From: Anaerosomatales bacterium
GTDB lineage: Bacteria; Actinomycetota; Coriobacteriia; Anaerosomatales; SLCP01
Assembly (NCBI GenBank): GCA_029210645.1
Contig: JARGFT010000006.1
Coordinates: 25,061-89,060 of the forward strand
Reading direction: 5' to 3'
Length of the DNA: 64,000 nucleotides
The position numbers were made by a program, and so were the translations under genes. Under the pieces are notes generated by a model. That model was not told the DNA's origin. It searched no databases and saw only the letters and a list, made by a program, of their open reading frames with translations. Position 1 is the first letter of the stretch, and every line of letters begins with the position of its first letter. Shown here one piece after another: positions 35,541 through 44,722 of this stretch.

Positions 35541-37789
35541 TCCTCTCCCGACATCTGATCGGTGCGCTCGAATGCCTTAAGCGCCTCGAGTTCGCCCACA
35601 TCCACGCTGACCTCGCGGGGTTTGGAGCCGTCCGGCGGCCCGACGATGCCCTTCGCCTCCAGCATGTCCATGATGCGGCCGGCCCGGGCGTATCCGACCT
35701 TCAGGCGCCGTTGGAGCATCGAGGTCGAGCCGAGACCCGAGGTGACCACGATGTCGGCCGCTTCCCACAGCAGGGGATCGTCCTCATCGCCCGCGTCCAC
35801 TCCCCCACCCACCGAGGCGACCTTGAGGTGGAGGATCTCCTCGTGATAGTCGGGCTCGGCCTGGGCCTTGAGATGCTCCACGACCAACCCGATCTCGGGT
35901 TCGGACACGAACGCCCCCTGGATGCGCTTGGGTTTGTGCAGGGCGGGTGTCGAGAACAGCATGTCGCCCTCGCCGATGAGTTTCTCCGCTCCCGGCTGAT
36001 CGAGAATGACCCGCGAGTCGATGCTCGACGAGACGGCGAACGCGATCCGGTTGGTGATGTTGGTCTTGATGAGACCGGTGATGATGTCGGTCGACGGCCG
36101 CTGCGTGGCAACGACGAGGTGTATGCCTGCCGCACGCGCGAGCTGGGCTATCCGGCAGATCGAGTCCTCGACCTCTTTGGCCGCAACCATCATAAGGTCG
36201 GCGAGCTCGTCGATGACGATCATCAGGTAGGGCATCTCCTCGGCACCCTCGGGCGCCTTGCCCTCCTGGACGAGCGCGTTGTACATGCCGATGTTGCGCG
36301 CGCCGGCCTTCTGCAAGCGCTTCAGACGCGACTCCATCTCGGATACCGCCCACGCAAGCGCGCTGGCGGCCTCCTTCGGTTCGGTCACCACCGGAACGTA
36401 GAGGTGCGGCACCTCGTTGTAGAGCGAGAGCTCGATGCGCTTGGGATCGATCAGGATCAGGCGCACTTCTGCTGGAGTCGCGCGCATCAGCACCGTCGTC
36501 AGTAGCGCATTGATGCAGACCGACTTACCGGTACCGGTGGAACCCGCGATGAGCAGGTGCGGCATGCTCGCCAGGTCCGCCAGCACGCTGTCGCCGGAGA
36601 CGTCCTTTCCGATCGCGAGCATCAGCGGTCCGCCTGCCTGGGCCGCCGGCACTCCGAGCACGTCACCGAGGGTGACGGTGGTGCGGCGCTCGTTGGGCAC
36701 TTCGATGCCTACGAGAGCCTTGCCGGGGATCGGAGCGAGGATGCGCACCGTTTGTGCGGCCAGTGCGAGCGCAAGGTCGTCAGAGAGCCGCGTGATGCTG
36801 CTCACCTTGATCCCACGGGGCAGCTCGATCTCGTACATCGTCACCGTGGGGCCGGGAATCCAGTTGACGACGGTGGCGGGGACGTCGAACGTCGCCAGCG
36901 TCTCCTCGATCAGCCGCGCGGTCGAGGTCAGCTCGCGCTCGGTAGCCCGGTGCCGCGAGGTGCTCTCCGGGCTGCGCGTAAGCAGCGACATCTTCGGCAG
37001 CTCGAAGCCCTCCATGGCCTTGGGGGCCGTCGCCCGCGGTGCCGGCTCGGTCTTCCGGCGCATCTCGGGGTCTTCAGCCGGGGTCGGAGCAGCCGCCTTG
37101 CCGTTCCTGCGAGCCGGTTTGGGGGGCTCGGCGTCGAAGTCAGACAGCGGGACCGTGCGCGGTGTGCGCTCGCGGGGTCGTGACCGCGGCTCCGGCTCGA
37201 AGGCCGTGTCGTGGCGCATGTGCTCCGAGGCCCACTCGAGTAGTCCCGAGATCGAGAGCCCCGTGATCACGAGGCCGACCAGCATCAGCGCAGCCAGCAC
37301 CACGCAGCTGATGGTCACGCCGAGCAAGGAGCGCAGCACCCAGGCGAGGGCGCCGCCGAGATAGCCACCGTTAGCCTCCAGTACCGCCCTCTCCCACTGG
37401 GCCGTCTCGGGGGCCCGTAACGCGAACATGCCGATTAGTGACGTCAGCACCGATGCGAGCCCGAGGCCGACGCGCATCTCGCTGATCGCGAATGCCCGCA
37501 CGAAGAACGTGACGCCCCAGAGGAGCATCAGCACCGGGATCGCGAACGCGCCGATGCCGAAGACGAGCCGGAAGAGGGTCGCGATGGCACCGCCGAGCAT
37601 ACCGGTACCCCTGGTCAGAAGGGCGATCGTCAGTGCGACCGAGCCAGCGACGAGAAGGATCCCGTAGATGTCGTTGCGGGAATCGGGGTCGAGTACCTGA
37701 CGCTTCGCGGGCGGCTCGGAGCGCTTGCGCGTGCCACCGGTCGATGCGGGGCGCTTTGTCGATCGCGTGTTCTTCTTGGTAGGTGCCAT
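35537..37789 (-). CDS. ftsK: DNA translocase FtsK
   Basis: 750 aa. N-terminal TM helices, Walker A GSTGTGKS, C-terminal gamma winged-helix (MLQRRLKVGYARAGRIMDMLE). Confidence 0.95.
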   Translation of the reverse strand: MAPTKKNTRSTKRPASTGGTRKRSEPPAKRQVLDPDSRNDIYGILLVAGSVALTIALLTRGTGMLGGAIATLFRLVFGIGAFAIPVLMLLWGVTFFVRAFAISEMRVGLGLASVLTSLIGMFALRAPETAQWERAVLEANGGYLGGALAWVLRSLLGVTISCVVLAALMLVGLVITGLSISGLLEWASEHMRHDTAFEPEPRSRPRERTPRTVPLSDFDAEPPKPARRNGKAAAPTPAEDPEMRRKTEPAPRATAPKAMEGFELPKMSLLTRSPESTSRHRATERELTSTARLIEETLATFDVPATVVNWIPGPTVTMYEIELPRGIKVSSITRLSDDLALALAAQTVRILAPIPGKALVGIEVPNERRTTVTLGDVLGVPAAQAGGPLMLAIGKDVSGDSVLADLASMPHLLIAGSTGTGKSVCINALLTTVLMRATPAEVRLILIDPKRIELSLYNEVPHLYVPVVTEPKEAASALAWAVSEMESRLKRLQKAGARNIGMYNALVQEGKAPEGAEEMPYLMIVIDELADLMMVAAKEVEDSICRIAQLARAAGIHLVVATQRPSTDIITGLIKTNITNRIAFAVSSSIDSRVILDQPGAEKLIGEGDMLFSTPALHKPKRIQGAFVSEPEIGLVVEHLKAQAEPDYHEEILHLKVASVGGGVDAGDEDDPLLWEAADIVVTSGLGSTSMLQRRLKVGYARAGRIMDMLEAKGIVGPPDGSKPREVSVDVGELEALKAFERTDQMSGEE

Positions 37790-37807
37790 GAACGGGGTTC
37801 CTGTCCC

Positions 37808-38608
37808 TCAGCCCGTCAGTCGCCAGACTAGCACGGATACGCCTATCACCGCTGTGTACGCGGCGAACACCGCAAAGGAGTGGCGTTTGACGAAGGCCAT
37901 GAGCCCCGCGATGGCCGCGTAGCCCGTGAGGGCTGCAGCAGCGAATCCGGCGGCAGATACCGCAAGACCGGGCAGAGAGGCGTCGCCACCGGCGATCTCG
38001 AGTGCTTGCTTCGCGCCCGCGAGGAGGATGATGGGGCCGGAGAGCAGGAAGGAGAAGCGCGCGGCCTGCTCGCGATCAAGCCCCACTCCCAGCCCCATCG
38101 CCATCGTCGCGCCCGCACGCGAGATGCCGGGCATGATGGCGATGCCCTGCGCGATGCCGACGAGAACAGCCCTTCCCCATCCAAGCCCCTCGGCGGCGTG
38201 GAGTGACTTGCGCGAGAGGGCATCCGCAGCGGTGAGCGCGGCCGAGGTGATGAGGAACGCGATGCCCACGTAGAGGATGTCGGCGGACTCGAAGAAGTCT
38301 CCCCCGGCAAGTCCGATGATTCCCGTCGGCACGGTGCCGATGATCAGCAGCCACGCGAGGCGGCGATCCCGGGCCAGCGAAGCGTCTCGCGCGAAGAACG
38401 CGCGTACCATGTGGGCCAGGTCGTCACGGAAGTAGACGACCACCGCAAGCAGGGTCGCCAGGTGCACCATCGTGTCGAACGCCAGGCCGAACTTGTCGGC
38501 AATGCCGAAGAACTCCTGGATCACCCGCAGGTGACCCGAGGAGGAGACGGGCAGGAACTCGGTCGCGCCCTGGACGATGCCGAGGAGGATCGCCTGGAGG
38601 ACCTGCAT
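37808..38608 (-). CDS. uppP: undecaprenyl-diphosphate phosphatase
   Basis: MQVLQAILLGIVQGATEFLPVSSSGHL is the BacA/UppP signature. Multi-TM protein. Confidence 0.93.
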   Translation of the reverse strand: MQVLQAILLGIVQGATEFLPVSSSGHLRVIQEFFGIADKFGLAFDTMVHLATLLAVVVYFRDDLAHMVRAFFARDASLARDRRLAWLLIIGTVPTGIIGLAGGDFFESADILYVGIAFLITSAALTAADALSRKSLHAAEGLGWGRAVLVGIAQGIAIMPGISRAGATMAMGLGVGLDREQAARFSFLLSGPIILLAGAKQALEIAGGDASLPGLAVSAAGFAAAALTGYAAIAGLMAFVKRHSFAVFAAYTAVIGVSVLVWRLTG

Positions 38609-38612
38609 CCCG

Positions 38613-40283
38613 TCAGACCTCCATGACGACGGGAACGATCATCGGCCTGCTGCGGGTCTTTTCCCACATGAACTGGGAAAGGGACTCGCGCACCGCGTTC
38701 TGGATGACGACGGAGTCGGTCGCGCCTTCGCGCGCGGTCTTGGTAAGCGTCTTGGCGATGCGCGCACGGGCCTCGTCCATCAGGGTGGAGTCGTCCGCAC
38801 CGAGCGACAGGCCGCGCGTCACGAGCTCGGGGGTGCCCGTGGGCTGCCCGGTCCTGCGATCGATCGCGACGATCACTGTGGCCACACCGTCGCGGGCCAG
38901 CAGCTGGCGGTCGCGGATCACGAGGTGGCCGATGTCGCCGACGGAAAGCCCGTCCACGTAGACCACCCCGGACTCGACTCGCTCGGCGATGCGCACGGAG
39001 TCCTCGCTGATCTCGAGGCAGTCACCGGTCGCCAGGACGAAGATGTTCTCGTCGGCCACTCCCGTCAGCTTCGCGAGCTCCGCGTGCGCTGTCAGGTGGC
39101 GGCTCTCGCCGTGAATGGGGACGAAGCACTCGGGCTTGACGAGGTTCAACATGAGCTTGAGCTCCTCGGCGGCCGCGTGACCCGAGACGTGCACCGGCGC
39201 CGTTCCCTTGTGAACGATCGTGGCGCCGGCCCTGGACAGCCGGTTGATCACGCGGCTCACGGCCTTCTCGTTGCCGGGTATCGGCGTGGCGGAGATGACG
39301 ACCGTGTCGCCGGCCTCGATGGTCACGGTGCGGTGGTCGTGGTTCGCCATCCGCGCGAGGGCCGAGAGCGGCTCGCCCTGGCTGCCGGTGGAGAGCACCA
39401 CGACCTTCTCGGGCGGCAGGTCACCCATCGAGTATGCGTCGAGAAGATCATCCTCTGCGATCTTCAGGTATCCGAGCTGGCGGGCGATCTTGGTGTTGTT
39501 GACCATGGAGCGTCCGGTGACGACGACCTTACGGCCGGCAGCGACCGCCGCATCGCAGACCTGCTGGATCCGGTGGATGTGGCTTGCGAACGACGCCACG
39601 ATGATGCGCTGCTCGGCACTGTCGAAGATGTCACGCAGGGCGGCTCCTACGGTGGCCTCCGATTTGGTGATGCCGACGGACTCCGCGTTGGTCGAGTCGC
39701 TCATCAGCAGCCGGACACCCTTCTTGCCGGCAGATGCGATCGCACCGTAGTCGGTCAGCCTGCCGTCTATCGGGGTCTGGTCGAGCTTGAAGTCACCCGT
39801 GTGAAGGATGTTGCCGACCGGGGTGCGGATGAACAGCGCGACCCCGTCGGGGATGGAGTGGTTCACGGGTATGAAGTCGAAACCGAAGGGGCCGATGTTG
39901 ACGTGTCCGCCGGCGCGGATCTCTCGCAGCTTGGGCTTCTTGATGCGGTGTTCCTCGAGCTTGCCCGCGATGAGCCCGAGCGTGAGCTTGGTGCCGAGGA
40001 TCGGCACGGTCGTCCCTACCTCCTTCAGGAGGTAGGGCAAGGCCCCGGTGTGGTCCTCGTGACCGTGGGTGATCACGATCGCGCGAAGCTTCTCCTTGCG
40101 ATGAACGATGTAGCTGTAGTCGGGAAGGATCAGGTCTACCCCGGGGTGGTCTTCGTCCGGGAACATGATGCCCGCGTCGATGACGACCATGTCGTTGCCG
40201 TACTCGAGCACGGTCATGTTCTTGCCTATCTCGTCGAGCCCTCCGAGAGGGATGACTCGCAGGCGGGTCTTCTTCTGTGTCAT
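38613..40283 (-). CDS. rnj: ribonuclease J
   Basis: ATG 40283 gives MTQKKTRLRVIPLGGLDEIGKNMTVLEYG. Metallo-beta-lactamase HGHEDH and beta-CASP region. Confidence 0.93.
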   Translation of the reverse strand: MTQKKTRLRVIPLGGLDEIGKNMTVLEYGNDMVVIDAGIMFPDEDHPGVDLILPDYSYIVHRKEKLRAIVITHGHEDHTGALPYLLKEVGTTVPILGTKLTLGLIAGKLEEHRIKKPKLREIRAGGHVNIGPFGFDFIPVNHSIPDGVALFIRTPVGNILHTGDFKLDQTPIDGRLTDYGAIASAGKKGVRLLMSDSTNAESVGITKSEATVGAALRDIFDSAEQRIIVASFASHIHRIQQVCDAAVAAGRKVVVTGRSMVNNTKIARQLGYLKIAEDDLLDAYSMGDLPPEKVVVLSTGSQGEPLSALARMANHDHRTVTIEAGDTVVISATPIPGNEKAVSRVINRLSRAGATIVHKGTAPVHVSGHAAAEELKLMLNLVKPECFVPIHGESRHLTAHAELAKLTGVADENIFVLATGDCLEISEDSVRIAERVESGVVYVDGLSVGDIGHLVIRDRQLLARDGVATVIVAIDRRTGQPTGTPELVTRGLSLGADDSTLMDEARARIAKTLTKTAREGATDSVVIQNAVRESLSQFMWEKTRSRPMIVPVVMEV

Positions 40284-40341
40284 AGGGGTGCTGTGACGCT
40301 CCTTAGGTCGTGCCGCTCGCAAGCGGCGGGTGTGGGTTCAT

Positions 40342-40366
40342 ACGCGTGCAGGCGAGCCGCACGCGT
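40342..40366 (-). terminator. 8-bp hairpin between dapA and rnj (weak terminator or processing-site candidate)
   Basis: acgcgtgc / gcacgcgt with a 9-nt loop. No U-tract. Confidence 0.3.
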
Positions 40367-40376
40367 CTCGTTCGGT

Positions 40377-41273
40377 TCAGACGGGCAGAAGGCCGACGTG
40401 CCTCATGATCCGCTCGAGCTCGGCAGTCTGCTCCTCTGTAGGTGGCACGAGTGGGAGCCGCACGGTACCCACGTCGAAGCCCTGCAATCGAAGCGCTTCC
40501 TTTACCATGATCGGGTTTGCGGTCATGAACAGGGCCTTCATCAGCGGCAGCAGCTCAAGGTGGATCCTGAGCGCTCGCGTATGATCGCCCGCTCCGTGTG
40601 CCACAATCATCTCCTTGAAGCGGTGTCCGGCGACGTGAGATACCACGCTGATGACTCCCGTGCCACCGAGCCCGAGCATCGGCAGGGTCATCTCGTCGTC
40701 ACCCGAGAGCACTTCGAATCCCTCGGGTGCGCCGTCGATGATCTGCGCGATCTGGGTGAGATTCCCGCTCGCTTCCTTGACCGCGACGATATTCTCGCAG
40801 TCGTGTGCCAGGCGCAGCGTGGTCTCCGCGCTCATGTTGACTACCGAGCGTCCCGGGATGTTGTAGAGGATGACGGGCAGATCGACCGCTTCGGCGATTG
40901 CCCGGAAGTGGCGGTAGAGGCCCTCTTGCGGAGGCTTGTTGTAGTAGGGCACCACGGCCATGATTCCGTGCACGCCGACCGCGGCGACCTTGCGTGCGAA
41001 CTCCACGCTGTCCGCCGTGCAGTTGTCACCGGCATTCGCGATGACCGGGGCGCGATCGCCGACGGCATCGATGACCGCCCTGAAGAGCTCCATCTTCTGC
41101 GGGTAGAAGACGGTCGGCGACTCGCCGGTGGTGCCGCACACGATCAACCCGTCCGTGCCGCTGGAAAGGAGGCGATCGGCCAGGGCCTGCGCGCGAGGCA
41201 GATCGAGATTCAGGTCGGAATCGAACGGCGTGACCATAGCGGTCAGCATGCGTCCGAAGCGCGGTTCAGCCAT
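40377..41273 (-). CDS. dapA: 4-hydroxy-tetrahydrodipicolinate synthase
   Basis: ATG 41273 gives MAEPRFGRMLTAMVTPFDSD. GTTGES and the active-site Lys context VAVKEASG. Confidence 0.93.
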   Translation of the reverse strand: MAEPRFGRMLTAMVTPFDSDLNLDLPRAQALADRLLSSGTDGLIVCGTTGESPTVFYPQKMELFRAVIDAVGDRAPVIANAGDNCTADSVEFARKVAAVGVHGIMAVVPYYNKPPQEGLYRHFRAIAEAVDLPVILYNIPGRSVVNMSAETTLRLAHDCENIVAVKEASGNLTQIAQIIDGAPEGFEVLSGDDEMTLPMLGLGGTGVISVVSHVAGHRFKEMIVAHGAGDHTRALRIHLELLPLMKALFMTANPIMVKEALRLQGFDVGTVRLPLVPPTEEQTAELERIMRHVGLLPV

Positions 41274-41421
41274 GAGTGCTCCCCTTGTATCGTGCTGCGG
41301 TCGCAGTGCCCGCGTCTCGTAGGTGCTCGACATCACTTCATTGTGCCACACCCGGAAACCCGATGAACGCCACCCGTGGTGGTGCTACCGCGGTGTCATC
41401 GGCATGAGCGTTGGCATTCTT

Positions 41422-42648
41422 TCAGGGCGCCGCAAGCTCGAAACCATCGTGGAGAGCCTGGACTGCCGCCCGGCTCTCCTCCGACGGGACGAGAACGGAG
41501 ATGGTGGTGTGGCTGTCGGCCGTCTGTAGCACCGTGACCCCCGCGCGGTCGAGGCACTCCGCCATGCGCGCCATGACCCCGGGCACGCCGTGCATCCCCG
41601 CCCCTACGAGCGTGACCTTGGACAGTGAGGCCTGCACCTGATAGGTCATGCCGAGTGCGGACAGGACCTCGCACGCGCCGTCGAGCGCGGATCCGGCTAT
41701 GGAGAAGACCAGCGTCTCTCCCACCGGCGTGAACATGTCGAGCGAGACGCATGCGTCGGCCATCGCACGGTAGACGCGAGCCTGCGCCGCCATGTGCGCA
41801 CGGGTGTTCTCCGGTGCCGGAAGTGCGACCCGCACGCGCGCGACATCGTCGACGTGCGAGACCGCGGTGGCGACCCGTTCGGGGCGGTATGCGGAGATGT
41901 CGGCGACGCGTGTCCCGGGATGGTCGCTGTAGGTGTTGCGCACCCTGAGGGCAAGGCCGCTTGCCAGCGCCAGCTCGGCGGCGGGAGTGTGGACGACGCG
42001 TGCGCCGTGGCGCGCCATCTGGTGGAGTTCGTCTGCCCGGATCACCTCGAGTACCTGCGGTCCGTCACACGTACGCGGATCGGCGCTCATCACACCGTCG
42101 ACGTCGGTGTAGATCTCGACCGCCTCCGCCTGCAGGGCCACTCCCAGCGCGCACGCGGTCGTGTCGGAACCGCCGCGCCCGAGAGTGGTGACCGAGCCGT
42201 CAGCGGCGATGCCCTGGAATCCGGTGACGACGGGGACCGTTCCCCCGGAGATCGCATCGAGGAGCGGTCCGGTGTGTACGTCGGTTATCGCCGCGGAGCC
42301 GAACACCCCGTCGGTGCCGATGCCCGCATCCGCTCCCGAGAAGGCTCGCGCGTCGATACCGGCTGCCCTCAGATCGTGTGCGAGGACCACCGCGGATATG
42401 ATCTCACCGCTGGACATCAGGAGATCGGTCTCGCGGGGATCGCCAGGCAGCCCCTCGACCAGCGAGATGAGAGTGTCGGTTGCATACGGCTGCCCGGACC
42501 TCCCCATCGCGGAGACAACGAGCACGGGCGATATGCCCGCCTCGACGCCGGCCAGGACGGCACGTGCGATGGCGGCACGAGCCCCCGTGGTGGCCACGGA
42601 GGTGCCACCGAACTTCATGACGACGATCCGAACGTCCGGGGCGGTCAC
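41422..42648 (-). CDS. lysC: aspartate kinase
   Basis: VVMKFGGTSV kinase motif, C-terminal ACT domains. The GTG start lies 1 nt after the dapB stop. Confidence 0.93.
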   Translation of the reverse strand: MTAPDVRIVVMKFGGTSVATTGARAAIARAVLAGVEAGISPVLVVSAMGRSGQPYATDTLISLVEGLPGDPRETDLLMSSGEIISAVVLAHDLRAAGIDARAFSGADAGIGTDGVFGSAAITDVHTGPLLDAISGGTVPVVTGFQGIAADGSVTTLGRGGSDTTACALGVALQAEAVEIYTDVDGVMSADPRTCDGPQVLEVIRADELHQMARHGARVVHTPAAELALASGLALRVRNTYSDHPGTRVADISAYRPERVATAVSHVDDVARVRVALPAPENTRAHMAAQARVYRAMADACVSLDMFTPVGETLVFSIAGSALDGACEVLSALGMTYQVQASLSKVTLVGAGMHGVPGVMARMAECLDRAGVTVLQTADSHTTISVLVPSEESRAAVQALHDGFELAAP

Positions 42649-42649
42649 G

Positions 42650-43432
42650 CTACGCCTCCATCAGGTTCTCGAGCCCGATGATGAGACCGGTACGAGACAC
42701 GACCTCGCGCACCGCAAGAACCACACCGGGCATGAACGACGCACGGTCGATCGAATCATGACGGATGGTGAGCGTCTGGCCCTGGCCCCCGAAGATGACC
42801 TCCTGATGCGCTACGAGGCCCGGGAGTCGCACGCTGTGGACGCTGACATCCTCGACGAGCGCTCCGCGGGCACCCTCAACGATCTCCGTCTCGCGACCCG
42901 GCGCAGCGGCCACCGCGTGGCGTGCCGCCGCAATCAGGGACGCGGTCCGCAGAGCGGTACCAGACGGCGAGTCGGCCTTCCGGTCATGGTGCAGCTCGAC
43001 GATCTCGGCGTGCGGCATGAAACGTGCCGCTTCCTGCGCGAACTGCATCATCAGCACAGCACCGATGGCGAAGTTCGGTGCGACAAAGAGGCAGGTCTGC
43101 GGCGCGGTCTGCGAGAGCTCCAGCAGAGTCTCCTCCCCGATGCCGGTGGTTCCTACCACGCAGTGAACACCGGCAACGAGCGCGGTACGGAGGTTCTTCT
43201 CGACCGCATCGGGATGCGTGAAGTCCACCATGACCGTCGGTTGGAACGTCGCGATGGCCGAGGCGAGATCTCCGGTGCAGGGCACCTCTCCCCCGGCTCC
43301 ATCGTCTACGGCGCGGCCGTCGTGTCCGGGATCGACTGCGGCGACGATACGGATGCCCTCGGCTGCCGTAAGCGCCCGGACGACCTCTCGACCCATGCGC
43401 CCCGCGGCGCCACTGACAAGTACATCGATCAT
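42650..43432 (-). CDS. dapB: 4-hydroxy-tetrahydrodipicolinate reductase
   Basis: MIDVLVSGAAGRMG Rossmann motif, and ELHHDRKADSPSGTA matching the DapB signature pattern E-[LIVM]-H-H-x-x-K-x-D-x-P-S-G-T-A. Confidence 0.93.
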   Translation of the reverse strand: MIDVLVSGAAGRMGREVVRALTAAEGIRIVAAVDPGHDGRAVDDGAGGEVPCTGDLASAIATFQPTVMVDFTHPDAVEKNLRTALVAGVHCVVGTTGIGEETLLELSQTAPQTCLFVAPNFAIGAVLMMQFAQEAARFMPHAEIVELHHDRKADSPSGTALRTASLIAAARHAVAAAPGRETEIVEGARGALVEDVSVHSVRLPGLVAHQEVIFGGQGQTLTIRHDSIDRASFMPGVVLAVREVVSRTGLIIGLENLMEA

Positions 43433-43455
43433 AGGTGGGCCTCCCCTTCCGGCGT

Positions 43456-44706
43456 CTACCCCACGAGGTGGGCGACGTCTTCTGCGGAGTACGGTCCGAT
43501 CATAGCGAGCACGCGCTCGCGGTCGAGCACGTCTGTCGCGACGCGGTGTGTGGTCTCAAGGTCGACCGCGTCGATCCGCTCGACTACCTCGTCGACGGAG
43601 AGGAGCTCGCCGCCGGTGACGGCGTTCTTCCCGAGTCGGGTCATCCGGTTGCGGGTGCTTTCAAGGCCGAGCACGAGATGCCCCTTGATGGACTCCTTGG
43701 CACGGGTGAGTTCGTCTTCGGTCAGTCCGGAGGCAAGCACCCGTTGAATCTCGGTCTGGACGAGGTGCACGACCTCCTCGGCGTTCGAAGGGCGTGTCCC
43801 TGCATACACCGTGAACTGGCCGGTGTCCTGATACAGGGCGTGGAAGCTGAAAACGGCGTAGGCCAACCCCTTCTTCTCGCGAATCTCCTGAAAGAGCCGC
43901 GATGACATGCCCCCGCCGAGGACCGTGTCCACCACCGAGAGCGCGAACCGATCGGGATGGCGAGCGTTGAGACAGCTCACGCCGTAACAGATATGCGTCT
44001 GTTCGGTGTCCTTCTCGATCACGGCCAGGCGTCCGGTCGACGGCGGTTCGGCAGCCGGCCGGTCGCTGCGGGGTCCCTCGGGAAGAACCAAGTGCGTCCG
44101 AATCAACTCGACGAGGGCGTCGTGGTCCACGCTGCCCGCAGCAGCCACCACGCAGTTGCGGGTCAGGTAGTGTCGCATGCGGAAGGCCACCGACTGTTCG
44201 TGATCGAACCCCCCTACCGTGTCACGGCTACCGAGAATCGGCAGACCGATGGGGTGATCGGGCCACAGGGCGCGCGAGAAGAGCTCGTGGATGCGGTCGT
44301 CGGGAGTGTCCTCCATGCGCGCGATCTCCTCGATGACCACCTCCCGTTCCTTGGAGCACGACTCATCGGAAAGAGAGGCGTTGCACACCATGTCGGAGAG
44401 CAGCTCGATCGCCGTGGGCACGTGCTCGTCGATCACGCGCGCGTAGTAGCAGGTGTACTCCTTGCTGGTAAAGGCGTTGAGCTCGGCACCGAGGCGGTCG
44501 AAGGTCTCCGAGATGTCTGCAGCCGAGCGGGTCGGGGTCCCCTTGAACATCATGTGTTCCATGAAGTGGGACATGCCGGCCTCAGCCGGGCTCTCGTCAC
44601 GGCTGCCGACAGAGAACCACACACCGAGCGCCACGGACCTCACAGAGTCGAGTGACTCCGTGAGGACCGTGACACCGTTGTCGAGCACGGTTTCGCGATA
44701 GAACAT
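43456..44706 (-). CDS. M16 family zinc peptidase (PepR-like)
   Basis: ATG 44706 gives MFYRETVLDNGVTVL. Inverted zinc motif HFMEHMMFKG. The upstream 172 codons of the track ORF overlap pnp out of frame. Confidence 0.88.
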   Translation of the reverse strand: MFYRETVLDNGVTVLTESLDSVRSVALGVWFSVGSRDESPAEAGMSHFMEHMMFKGTPTRSAADISETFDRLGAELNAFTSKEYTCYYARVIDEHVPTAIELLSDMVCNASLSDESCSKEREVVIEEIARMEDTPDDRIHELFSRALWPDHPIGLPILGSRDTVGGFDHEQSVAFRMRHYLTRNCVVAAAGSVDHDALVELIRTHLVLPEGPRSDRPAAEPPSTGRLAVIEKDTEQTHICYGVSCLNARHPDRFALSVVDTVLGGGMSSRLFQEIREKKGLAYAVFSFHALYQDTGQFTVYAGTRPSNAEEVVHLVQTEIQRVLASGLTEDELTRAKESIKGHLVLGLESTRNRMTRLGKNAVTGGELLSVDEVVERIDAVDLETTHRVATDVLDRERVLAMIGPYSAEDVAHLVG

Positions 44707-44722
44707 CGGTGTGTCCCGCCGC

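Noticed and set aside
38577-41366. 929-aa + strand ORF, the longest in the track. Similar long ORFs occur at 9285..10859, 13413..15326, 42161..43747, 45323..46909 and 50517..52370.
   Set aside because: All are antisense shadows of minus-strand genes with unmistakable homology (rnj/dapA, permeases, nrdD, lysC/dapB, pnp, infB). Their products are Arg/Asp/His/Gly-rich low-complexity strings with no motifs. Long stop-free antisense frames are expected at this GC content.
41274-41421. Possible lysine riboswitch (L-box) in the 148-nt lysC-dapA gap.
   Set aside because: The gap is too short for an L-box, and none of the conserved L-box junction sequences are visible. I see only a small CCACC/GGUGG hairpin and a weak TGGCACAAT extended -10-like element.
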